Made by a program: the position numbers and the translations under genes
The notes under the pieces: model-generated
What the model saw: only the letters and a program-made list of their open reading frames with translations
Told to the model about the DNA's origin: nothing
Database searches by the model: none
Assembly: GCA_048013815.1 (NCBI GenBank)
Contig: CM106586.1
Coordinates: 9,362,001 to 9,426,000, forward strand
Direction of reading: 5' to 3'
Source of the DNA: Setoptus koraiensis
Lineage: Eukaryota > Animalia > Arthropoda
DNA length: 64,000 nt
In this document: one piece after another, positions 51,865 to 62,403 of the stretch
How the letters are laid out: the number at the start of each line of letters is the position of its first letter
Numbering within the stretch: the stretch's first letter is position 1

Positions 51865-53611
51865 TCGCTGGTGAGAGTGGTCTCAATCGACTCGAGAGTG
51901 TCGAGTGTTTTGTTTATTATTCACTACTTATTGGCATGCTCATCGTGCCACCGTGCAAACGTATTGTTGTGCAAACAGTGGCGAATTATTTACATATAAT
52001 ATTCGTAATATTATTATGTAATATCATTACATAATAATATTCCGAAAGGCAAAACATTTGCAAATATTTGCCGTGCAGCCAGCCAGTGGCCGGCACAAAG
52101 TGCGCACTCCTGTTGCTGGCCACACAACCAAAACTTTTGGTTTAAAAGTGACTGCCGAGCGTCACCTCGGTCTCTCGATGTCCAGCGGCCGGTCAGACGG
52201 GCCGAGGCCGGGCACCGAGCGGCAACCGGTCGGGCGCACAGTGGCACTCGCCGGGCCGGCCGCTCACCGAATGTCTAGACAATGTGTCACGTTTGCGAGG
52301 GTGTTAAGCCGGCCTTCGAGTTAAGTGGCCGTTGGTTTTGTCATTTATAGCCGGTAAGCAATACTCGCTTGCCGTTGTTGGCGACGGTTGGCGTTGTTGG
52401 CGACGGTCAACAGCGCCGCCAACAACGGCCAGCGACAACAATGGGAAGCCATATTTGCACTTGTAATGGGTCGCTCTCTGAACTGTTTGTATATCATTTG
52501 TTTTGTGCCAACTGCAGGACAACAGCAGCAGCAGCAGCAACAACAATAAATAATGAGCAAGTGGATAATTCCTCGATCAACATTTGAACAATCAAATGCC
52601 AGCTTGATGAGATTTCGAGACTGGCGGCCAGGTGAGTTGGTGGCTGTTTGTGGTTGGGCACAACAACAATGTTTGTTCACGATTGGCTGCGATTGGCCAA
52701 GTGAAGCGCCAATCGTGATCAATAATCAATATTAACACAACGATATCTCAGAGATCTCACAAGAGACACAAACACACAATTTTGAACCCTCTCACGGGCT
52801 CCATTTGTGATTAACAAATTGCCAGCGAGTGTGCCAGCTTGCCAGCGCAAACAAGTTGGCCAAATTGAACAAGTTGGCCAAATTGAACAAGTCGGCCAAA
52901 TTGAACAAGTTGCTGGCCAACCTGATGGCCAGCTCAACAATATTGGTTGTCATTTCATCATGACAGCCAATATTGTTGAGCTTGAGTGGCCGCTAATGTC
53001 GACTAATCGCCCGACAGCGGCTCAATGGGCTCGCCACTGCTCGTCTGTATGGCAGCTCGGCCAATTGCTCTCCGCGGCCAATTGCTGCCATATAGCACAT
53101 ACTTGCGCTTGATGCATACGCCGCTGGCATATGGGCAGGCCATTTATGCAAATTAGTGCGACATTGTCGACATTGCCGACATTGCCGACATTGCCGACAT
53201 TGTCGGGCTTCACGTTGATTGACGGAACGACAACAAACGCGACGGCACTATTTGCAGCATGCGGTTGATTTGCGCGTTTCATACTATCGACGTTATACTG
53301 TCGACGTGATACTATCGACGCGATGCTATCAAATAACCACAAACGTTACGTAATCACAAACAGGGATACCCGGCACGAAATAGACATGCTCGAGTCACAT
53401 GCAACCCATAACTGGCGCACATTTGACCTTGTGTTGATATTGTTGCGGATATTCCGTTATTATTATTATTTTATCTATTTATTAATTATTAATTTGACTG
53501 TCTGACTGTGTCGTTTGACTCGGCAATATATTACAATGTGTATATTACAGTGTGTGGGCCAACCAGTATATGTTGGCAATATCCGCTAATTGCGACGTAT
53601 CATATTGCACC

Positions 53612-53658
53612 ACTGGAACATGTGTACTTGTTGTTGCAACAAGTACACATGTTCCAGT
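53612..53658. repeat. Perfect 22-bp inverted repeat with 3-nt loop
   Basis: ACTGGAACATGTGTACTTGTTG-TTG-CAACAAGTACACATGTTCCAGT. Confidence 0.97.
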
Positions 53659-54165
53659 AATGTAGACGGTTTGATACGATCGACGATGAGTCATAACGAG
53701 CAAATAATTATTATGATAATTATCACGATCAACATTTGCATGCTGACAATCGCTGACTGACGATTGATCGCTCTAATTGATTGCCCTTGGGCGACATTTG
53801 GGATGCCCGCGCTCGGTAGCGTATGCGTGGGCGACGCGGCCGATGTCGGTGCCGGCAGATATTAATTTATTGATGATATTATTATACTGATGATATCATC
53901 TGATATGTGTCGTTCATTATCTGACTATATCATTTTTTATCTCACTCATCGGGGTGCACCTCCACTTGACTCAACAAATCTGCGCATCGTGCGTCATGGT
54001 GGCAGCAGTCGAGACAGCCAGTTTGCGTCAATTAGCCAATTGCGTTAATTGGTCCAGTTCATTCGCTGGGCGTCCATTGGTCAGTTGCAATTAGCTAGTT
54101 TCAACAAGCGACACCGAATTAAATATAACAGAACACAAATTGGTATCGGTGCTGGCGCAAAAATC

Positions 54166-55438
54166 ATGATCGACCATGAAAATCGAATGGACATCACGCT
54201 CGTGGGCAGCGGTTTTCTGGGTAAGGCCATCAAAAACAGATCATCTGTCGGATTTCGGTGTGTCGGTTCAGTCGATCGCCGGCGAGGATAATGCGAGACA
54301 GAAAAACTAGACCCTCTCTGCTGAAAAACTAAACCCTCTCTGCTGAAAAACTCACCCATCGCCCCCAAAACCAGGTTGCTACTACTTTGGTGCCTTTTGT
54401 CTGCTGAGGCAAGTCTGGCCGGAACGTCCCTTCGCCAAAATAAGGGGCTGCTCGTCGGGCGGGTCAGTTGAGTTCGATTCAGTCCATTACGCGATCAATT
54501 CCGGTCAATTGATCGCGATCAATCGATGACCAGCCAGCCAATTGATTAATCAAAATGTATTGTTATCGTTCATTGTTTTCATTGTCGACAGAATAATGGC
54601 CGCCAGTGCCGCCTCAAACCTGTCGCTGGTGACCATAGCGGCCTCGTTCGGACAGTTCACCGTGCGCGTGAAAAAACTAATGATGCGTCTGGGCGTGGGC
54701 CGCACCCTGACCGATCTGGTGCGGGTCATGATAGCGGAATTGTTGCCCGACAACGCTCATGAGCTCGCCAGCGGACGCATAGATATTAATTTGACAAGAT
54801 TTTGGGACTTCCAAAATGTGAAAGCTTGCCATTTTGAAACGAAGCAGACCCTCGTGGACGCGGTAGTCGCGGGCGCCTTCATACCATTTTGGTCGGGCAC
54901 AATAATACCGCCCGTGTACAAGGGTGTACGATATATAGACGGCGGCTGGGCCTTCCACCAGCCAACAGAGGGCGACAACGGCACCACTGTTGACAAGACA
55001 GACGACATTGCAGCACAGGGCGTCAGTTCGACCGGATGCGCTCGCGAAACAGGTGAGCTGAGGCTCATATTTTGTCCGTACAGTGGCGAAAATCTGGACG
55101 TTTGTCCGCCGGATCGCAGCAGCAGCTTCGCGGTTCCGTGGTTCGGTGTACGGATGAACTTAAATTGGAAAAATTTCGTGCGAATGTTCAATTCGTTCGT
55201 GCCGCGACACTCGAGCGTCTATGAGCAATACATTGTCGGGGGCCACAGCGACATGAAGCGTTGCCTATTGGACAATTGTCACAATTTATTGAGATGCAAA
55301 CAATGTCGCGAGCGGGACAGCACCGGCCCATTGGGCTGTCTGAGGTGCCTGCTGCTGGTGGAGAAAGTGGACAATTTGAGGCTGCCCGACGAGATATTGA
55401 ACGCTTATCACAGCGCGGCCCGCGCCAAGTCAGATTAG
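54166..55438 (+). CDS. Patatin-like phospholipase/triacylglycerol lipase (PNPLA2/ATGL/brummer family), 329 aa. Exons 54166-54220, 54375-54462, 54592-55438
   Basis: Splicing by GT-AG rules (CTGG|GTAAG, CCAG|GT, GCGG|GTCAGT, GACAG|A) reconstitutes MDITLVGSGFLGCYYFGA (oxyanion Gly motif), GCSSG (GxSxG nucleophile) and YIDGG (catalytic Asp), with phases consistent (55+88+847=990 nt). The ORF track shows only exon 3. Confidence 0.9.
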
Positions 55439-56169
55439 GCCGACCGTCGGATTAGCCTAGCCGTATTTGTATCGCCAGAGAAAGTATTATCAAGTTGTAG
55501 TGCTGCAAACAGACTATCACAATTCGTCCATGTTCAGACGACTTAAATGATCGCAAAATATGCCCGCCGCTGACAACATTGAATGTGCCAAACTTTAGAC
55601 CGACTGTCATACTTACAAGACCAACAAGTGTATAAATTCATGAAAGTGCATGCATCCATCTACTGACTGTTCCCTGTGTCGCTCGATGTAAACAAAAATT
55701 TATAATGCACCATATTTACAAACCGATATTTAGAAAATTCACGATAAAACTATCGCACTTTAGATAAAACAAATATCAGATAGACACTGCAACGACGCCG
55801 AGATCGACACAACAGTCGACAGTGAGCCTAAAGTGTTCGAGCAACATTCGGCGGGAGGCCGACAATGTGAGTTGAAAGTAGTGCAAGTTAAAAGTCAAGG
55901 GTCCGAAATAGACTCTTGTGGAGTGAATCATCTATTGAAGGCATTTTCGCTAAAAATGTCGCTTTTAACTAAAAATATCTCTGGGCGATACGAGTCGTAA
56001 GCGATTTTGTCTTTCATGAAATTTGTCTAGGCAAACTAGTATAGTTAGAGAGAAAGCAGTGTATCAATAAATACTGAAATAAAGAAAAATCGACCAATCA
56101 ATATTGTTAGGCAGTATACAAATAATTAATAAAAAATCGACCCATCAGATTGATAAATTTTGATATTGA

Positions 56170-56952
56170 ATGATGAACTCGATCCATTTTGTTAGCATCG
56201 CTGCCGTTGCAGTGATACTGGTTGTGAGCCATTGCTCCGTAGTGATGAGCGAGAAAAGCATTTTTCTGCCGCAGATAAAAGGGATGAATGAAGAAATTGA
56301 AATGTGGTTCAATGAAGAGGAAACCATTGTGTCACAAATCACTCATGCTCTCAAAAAAGATAGTGAAGCTCGGCTTCAGACCAAGAAACATCACTGGCCA
56401 AAACTAATGCTGGAATTGCTGCAAGTGGCTACCGGAGTTTCGCCATCGAGCGCAGTTGATAGAGCAAACGTGGCACGTATTATTGACGGCCTGAAACATA
56501 ACGATGAGTCGGTGCGACAAGAGCTTTTGGGAAATCTAGAAAAATTTTTGGCAACAAAATACAGCTCGAAAGATCAGAGCGGCGACCGAAAAAAAAATGT
56601 TTACATTACTGAAAAGGATAGATTGTGTGTACCGTTCAGGCCAAAAGTCAATGCGTATTTCGATTACAGAAAAGCTGTCAAAATACTGTTCGCCATAAAG
56701 CAGAGGGAACGAATCGATGATGAGGAATTCTTCAATCGTATCATTTATACAAATGAACCTATCGCGCTGCTATACCCAGTTACAATGTTATGTGCGATAT
56801 TTGATTATGATATAGTGTCCGAAGGAAAAAGGGACGGATCTGATCTATCTCTCAGGTTTGATTTCAATATGACAGGCAATAATAATCACAGTGAAGTTGA
56901 AGATTGGCCCTTCCCAAGCTTCGATGCCCAGCGTTGGGCTCAACTAATCTGA
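56170..56952 (+). CDS. Orphan secreted protein, paralogue A (260 aa)
   Basis: Intronless ATG-TGA ORF with an N-terminal signal-like segment (FVSIAAVAVILVVSHCSVVMS). About 64% identical by hand alignment to the 58041 ORF. No family recognised. Confidence 0.88.
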   Translation: MMNSIHFVSIAAVAVILVVSHCSVVMSEKSIFLPQIKGMNEEIEMWFNEEETIVSQITHALKKDSEARLQTKKHHWPKLMLELLQVATGVSPSSAVDRANVARIIDGLKHNDESVRQELLGNLEKFLATKYSSKDQSGDRKKNVYITEKDRLCVPFRPKVNAYFDYRKAVKILFAIKQRERIDDEEFFNRIIYTNEPIALLYPVTMLCAIFDYDIVSEGKRDGSDLSLRFDFNMTGNNNHSEVEDWPFPSFDAQRWAQLI

Positions 56953-58040
56953 TTCTGGCCTCACGATTGCGAGTGTCGTCCGATTAGATTGAATCAAATA
57001 CAGCGATAGTATATTGATATCGGCTGTCGGAAGAGCACAAGAGTGACTTGTCTAGCCGGCGACAAATTGATAGCGATTGTTTGTAATATCAACAAATTGA
57101 ATAAATCATCTATTTCCGTTAAGAGAGCTGTGTCATCATCATTCGTCGTTGTCGTTGTCATATCTATGTGTAGCGATAACGGCTGTAGAGACCTCAAAAT
57201 TTTAACGACTTTACGTCACCTAGCGCCAAAGTGTAAAGTGACTCAGGGGGAAGGGGCACAGAAAAATTTTCGGTGTTTGGTGCAGCATCTATTGATATCA
57301 AATTGGTGAAAATCGGAACAACTTTTTTGGTGATTGCCTTATTGCAACTGCTGGTCCTTCGAATTTACCCGTTGACTTGATCTGGAAATCGAATACAAAT
57401 TGGGAGGATGATGACACATTGGATTTTAGGTTTCCATCGAGACCGACGAGCTGGCTTTGAGCCGAAATCAAAGTGTTAGACATGTAGTGTTAGTCATCAT
57501 ATTGAGATTGATGAGATCTTATTTCGGAAGCCGTGGATTGGAAGTTTTGCCAACGGTTCCCGACAGTGCATCGATATAGTCGATACCAAATGCACTGAGT
57601 TAGTTCAAAATTAAAGTATTGCGATCAGCCTTTATTTAGAAATAGCTCGACAACAAATGTCATACAGACACTGCAACGACGCCGAGATCGACATGAAAGT
57701 TGACGGTGAGATGGCCAGGCAATGAGGTTCGACAACGATCGTCAGTGCGTTCGAGCAACATTCAGCGAGCATGTGACGGCAATGTGAGTTGAATATAATG
57801 CAAGTTAAGGCTCTAACAAAAAGTAAAATAAACTCTTGTCGTGTGCTATCTATTGTAGATACTGTGCTCGAATTCGCTTAAAATATCTTTCGGGTTGTGA
57901 TATAACTTATATCATATAAGTAGTGCTCCGTAAATTTTGCCGACTTTCTCATGAAAACTTGCTCTCCATAAAAATTGGTATCGTCCCAGAGAAAGCAGCA
58001 TACCAATAATTAATAAAAATCACATTGTTAATATTGAATA

Positions 58041-58823
58041 ATGAACTCAATCAGTATGTTTAGTATCGGTGCTGTTGCAGTGATGCTGGTTGTGAGCCAT
58101 TGCTCCGTAGTGATGAGCGATGATGAGGACAGGACTTTTCTCGAGCAGATAAGTGTCATGAATGATTCAGTTGAAACATGGTACAAGGAAGAGGACACCA
58201 TTGCGTCACGCGTCAATCACGCTCTCCACTTAGATAGTGAAGCTCGGCTTCAGAGCAACAAATATCACTGGCCCAAACTAATGTTGAACGTGCTGCAAAT
58301 GGCTACCGGAGTGTCGTCGTCGAGCGCAATTGACAGACCAAACGTGGCCCGTATTCTAGACGGCTTGAAACGTAACGATGAGTCGGTGCGACAAGAATTT
58401 TTGGCCAATCTCGAGAAATATCTGGCAACAAAATACAGCTCTGACGACAAAAGAAGTGGCAAACAAAAAGAAAATGTTTTCATCACTGAACTAGATAAAC
58501 TGTGTGCACCATACAGGCCAAAATCTAAGTTGTATTTCTATTACGGTGAGGCTGTCGATGATCTACTCGATACAAAGCTGAAAGAACAGATCAGTGATGA
58601 AGAATTCTTTGAGCGTGTCGTTTATACAAATGAACCTGTCGCGCAGCTATACTCTGCTGCAATGTTGTGTGCGATATATTACTATGATACGGACACCAAA
58701 GTGGACGGATCTAATCTGTCTATCAAGTTCGATTTCACTGTGTCAGGCCATGATAATCACAGTGCAGTTCAAGATTGGCCCTTCCCGAGCTTCGATGCCC
58801 AGCGTTGGGCTCAACTAATCTGA
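58041..58823 (+). CDS. Orphan secreted protein, paralogue B (260 aa)
   Basis: Same architecture as paralogue A. Indels between the copies are in frame, and HWPKLML, NDESVRQE, YTNEP, MLCAI and DWPFPSFDAQRWAQLI are conserved. Confidence 0.88.
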   Translation: MNSISMFSIGAVAVMLVVSHCSVVMSDDEDRTFLEQISVMNDSVETWYKEEDTIASRVNHALHLDSEARLQSNKYHWPKLMLNVLQMATGVSSSSAIDRPNVARILDGLKRNDESVRQEFLANLEKYLATKYSSDDKRSGKQKENVFITELDKLCAPYRPKSKLYFYYGEAVDDLLDTKLKEQISDEEFFERVVYTNEPVAQLYSAAMLCAIYYYDTDTKVDGSNLSIKFDFTVSGHDNHSAVQDWPFPSFDAQRWAQLI

Positions 58824-59135
58824 TTCTGGCCTCACGATTGCAAATATCGCACGGTCACATTGGGTGAAACATAGCGAAAGTATATTGATATCGGCTGCCG
58901 GAAGAGCACAACAGCGACTTGCCTACAAGTTGATTAAGGTGTGGTGCGTATAAACGTGGACAACATTTCAAATGAATATTTGTCAATAAATATTGAGCGT
59001 ATTGTGTCAGCTGAGCTAACGGGTTAGTCATTAAATATTGCACTAGGTTGTTTTAATCATATCTTTTGAAAGAGATCAAGTTGAATCATAAGTTTTTCGC
59101 GAATAGGTTCACATGAGAACTGTTTAGATAATCAA

Positions 59136-59730
59136 TCAATGGATAGCTGCTAGGGGACCTTGCCTTGAGCACAATCAGACCCTCTTTTTACAAGAGCCGA
59201 AAGTACGGCGCACCACATCTGGGTCAATTGTACGGATACAATGTTTGATCCTAGAGATCAATTTCTCAATTGTATCTGGTCTATTATTGGTTGTCCATAT
59301 GTTGGACTTCAAAATAGACCAAAAGTCTTCAATCGTACTAGCCTGTGGCAAGCTCGTTGGATTGTCAACTTTAGGCACGTACTTGATGCCCAGATCTTGC
59401 AGTGCATTTAAAGTGGCTGCCGAATAATGGCACGGAGCCTTGTCGGCCCAAAAAATATAATTATTATCTTGATGATGTTCATCTATAAACTCTTTCAACT
59501 TAGGCAGGCATTTCTTGATGTAAATCTGGCTATTTAGAGCATTCTTGCTTTGATAAAAATAAACCTTAGAGATACCTCTCTCGGATCCGGCCAACCATAT
59601 GAGGACTTTTGGACAAAATTTTTGCTTCTGGCGATACTTAATATTAACTGGTGTGATGAGTAATAATTCTTATTTACAGTGTCCTCAAGTTGAATATAAC
59701 TTTCATCGTCCTGTATCACACTGTTGCATC
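59136..59730 (-). mobile_element. Decayed IS630-Tc1-mariner transposase, DD37E type (5'-truncated, one frameshift, one premature stop)
   Basis: QDDESY (first Asp), KQKFCPKVLIW, IFWADKAPCHY (second Asp, codon 59442-59444) and NPTSLPQASTIEDFWSILK (Glu, 59328-59330). Exactly 37 codons lie between D and E. Frameshift near 59660. TGA at 59175 is followed by an in-frame LCSRQGPLAAIH*. Confidence 0.9.
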
Positions 59731-60093
59731 GAAATAAAGGGTGGCCGCAAAATTACTTACCTTTGATAATTAGAAGCCTTCTGGCTGGCCGTTGCCAATA
59801 GTGCCTTGAGTGCACGGAAAGAGAGGAGGAAACATCATTCGATACACCGTGCACGGTAAAAACCACTTGGCAACACCGTCCAGACTATTACGCGACGGCG
59901 CCAGATTAGGATGGCAAACGAGCATCATTCAAAACAAATGCGATCAATCAACGCGAAAGTATTTTTGAAGCATGAAGTATTTTCGTTTTATTTGTATTGA
60001 TTAGAAAGTGTTACACATTTCATTTGCTCTTTCTTCACCCCATTCGACTAATTGTGTGGCAATGAGACGATAAACAGCAGAGACGATATTGCT

Positions 60094-61693
60094 AGCACTA
60101 ATACCATACTTTGGGTGTTCCATCGAATAGGAGCCAAGCCCGGGAGGATAGGAATATTAATAGCGGAAGGTAAGAGGAACACAAAGAGGAGAAAGAAAGA
60201 GAGAGGAAAAAGAAGAAGAGAGAGAGAGAAGGAAAGAGAAAAAGAGAGAAAGAGAGAAGGAGCGAAAATCATAAAAAACCAAATACTTCCCCGGCCGTTA
60301 GGATACAAAAAAAAATTTTTTAAAAGACAAAGGTCCGCGGAAGCCCTGTCCATTTTTCTTCAGATATTGGCGCCAAATTTAAAAATTCAAATGGCAGAAC
60401 AAACCCATTCTACCTCCTGCGGCAATCCTTCCTCCCCGCCGCCCGTTGTCGATCCCAACGACCTTCCCCAACAACCTCCCGTCGACCCACCGAGCGACTC
60501 GGATCCCCAAATGGTTATAGATTTAAACGCTGAGTTAGGTTCACCACCCTCATCCCCTATTGATCTCCCTCCTAACTCTTTACCCACGGCGACCTCTTCG
60601 TCAACTGAGATTGACGATGAGCTAGCCCCCTCGTCCTCCTCTGCAGAACGCTTTGACGCCCGAAAAATCCTTAGTTACAAGAACAAGGTTCGCGACGGAA
60701 AAGACAATTTCTTGGGTGTTCCATCGAATAGGAGCCAAGCCCGATTTTTTTCAAACTCGACACCTGGGCCCCGAAGGGGCCCCAAAGAACAAATAAAGTG
60801 GTCCGGAAGCGCGGAAATTTCTACTCCCGGAGATATGGAAAAATGCATTTTTCGGGCCTCACAGGGGTCTCAGACCAAGAATTTTCACGTGATTGTATAG
60901 ATCCTATCAATGTCTTTGTAGTTCAGTTGAATTTAGCTTCATAGAGCATCCAGACCTCCAGATAATAAACTTTAACTCCATGAACCACTCCCGGTCTACG
61001 TGATAGTAGTCTTATCGAACATCGCACGACTCTCCGTGTGTCGAGCACGCATTCGCATTGTTTCTGGTGTCCGGATGTGTGACAATTACTCGGCCGAAGG
61101 CCGGGGTTGTCGGTTCGGGCGAGGGTTGAGGGCGAAACCCTCAACCCGAGGCGAGGCAAGCTCGCGAGGCCGAAGGTCGAGTCGGTAAAGATCGAAAGAG
61201 GGTCCAGTATAGATGGAAGGTTGTGTAACGAAGTAAATTAGTGAAGAGTGGGGATATATCGCTTTATTCTAATCTCATCATCTGTATCAGATCTGCAAAT
61301 GGGTCGACCCCTTTTCTTGCACGCGCTAGGACTCGATGAGTGGTCTCACTAACTGCGGGAGCAGTCTCGCTCCGCGCCGCACTCAACGGTCACGCCTCTC
61401 CGGTTTGACTGCATTTTTCCTCTTTCCCGCGCTTCTGGGTATCATCTACCCTCGGCACAGAGACGCGAGTACCTTACCCGATGTCCGCGCGGGTGGGTAT
61501 CGCCGATTGTACCGTCAATATGCCGTCAAATACCCCGAAATACCCAGAATGCGGTGCCCCGGGTATCTCGGTAACGAAGAATTTCCGCACTTCCGGAATA
61601 CCCATTCGGGTATCAGAGCACTATACCCTACCCAAAAATACCCAAATTGGGCGTGGCTCCTATTCGATTGTACAACCCGGTATTTTTAGCGCT
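60094..61693. mobile_element. Composite non-autonomous DNA element with about 30-bp imperfect terminal inverted repeats and subterminal ATACCC/GGGTAT repeats
   Basis: GGGTGTTCCATCGAATAGGAGCCAAGCCC at 60113 and again at 60714. Inverted GGGCGTGGCTCCTATTCGATTGTACAACCC at 61649-61678. Many ATACCC/GGGTAT motifs at 61455-61650. No target-site duplication identified. Confidence 0.6.
60391..60710 (+). mobile_element. Possible 5' fragment of a non-LTR retrotransposon ORF1 (Pro/Ser-rich N-terminus)
   Basis: GA-rich leader (60170-60260), then MAEQTHSTS...PPSSPIDLPP...KILSYKNKV, which resembles LINE ORF1 N-termini. It is cut off at the second TIR-like copy. No diagnostic domain present. Confidence 0.3.
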
Positions 61694-61917
61694 TAATTTT
61701 AATTATTAGCGCTTAATTTCAATTAAGCGCTAATGATGTAGTGATGTTGGATCTTAAATAGAGGAGGCAATCCACACACAAGCATACAATTTTGAGTCAC
61801 GCCCCCTCCTTAGCACACAGAAAGCTACAGCCTGAATGAGACTTAAGTCGCTCCACCTCCCCAGCACACAGTAAGCTTCAGGAGGTCAATTATTTTGCTT
61901 TCCAACAGTGTGTGTCA

Positions 61918-62262
61918 TTGAGATGAGGCAAACAATGTCACGAGCAGGGCACTGGTGCAACGGGCACCCGTTCCGCCTGTCTGAGGTGCCCGCCGCTGGT
62001 GGAGAAAGACCCCGATTCGAGGATGTCCGACGAAATATTGGCCCATGCCCGACAAGCCCGACAGACCCGACGGGCCCGACAGGCCAGCCTTATGATGTAT
62101 TGTTTGTATTGTGACAGATTGATGCCAGGTCCGTCGCGCTGCTCGTCGGGAAGTGTCACCAAGTTGCAAAGAACGCTGCGAAGAGACTATCACGAGTTGC
62201 TGACGATTCACGCTATATTTAGAGCTATATTTAGACCAGCGACACGGCATAAATTCACATAA
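61918..62262 (+). pseudogene. Fragment of a second patatin/PNPLA gene (C-terminal part only)
   Basis: 61918-62045 aligns with 55289-55400: LR*GKQCHEQ...CLRCPPLVEKDPDSRMSDEILAH versus LRCKQCRER...CLRCLLLVEKVDNLRLPDEILNA. In-frame TGA near the start; catalytic half absent. Confidence 0.75.
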
Positions 62263-62403
62263 ATACAAGCTGCAAGCTTGCAGTTTGAGCCTTAGTTTGT
62301 GCATGCTCTCAAGGCTTTGTTCAAGTAATTTTGCTAGCAGTGATTTTCCCGAAATTTGCAGTTTTAATCCAAGTTCATCCCAGAGTCAATCTCAGAGTTG
62401 CAA

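Larger units (their letters stand above)
55726..58925 (+). repeat. Tandem segmental duplication: two about 1.3-kb units (about 55726-57055 and 57638-58925) including upstream and downstream flanks
   Basis: Shared non-coding blocks AGACACTGCAACGACGCCGAGATCGACA, GTTCGAGCAACATTC, CAATGTGAGTTGAA, AGAGAAAGCAG, and 3' AGTATATTGATATCGGCTG(T/C)CGGAAGAGCACAA. Boundaries are approximate. Confidence 0.9.

Noticed and set aside
57298-57483. Minus-strand ORF with FVFDFQIKSTG resembling the paralogues' KFDFTVSG, as a possible third copy
   Set aside because: Similarity is limited to a few residues and I could see no nucleotide-level alignment.
59735-59760. TAAAGGGTGGCCGCAAAAT as a mariner-like terminal repeat
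   Set aside because: No matching inverted copy found in the window, so an element end cannot be supported.
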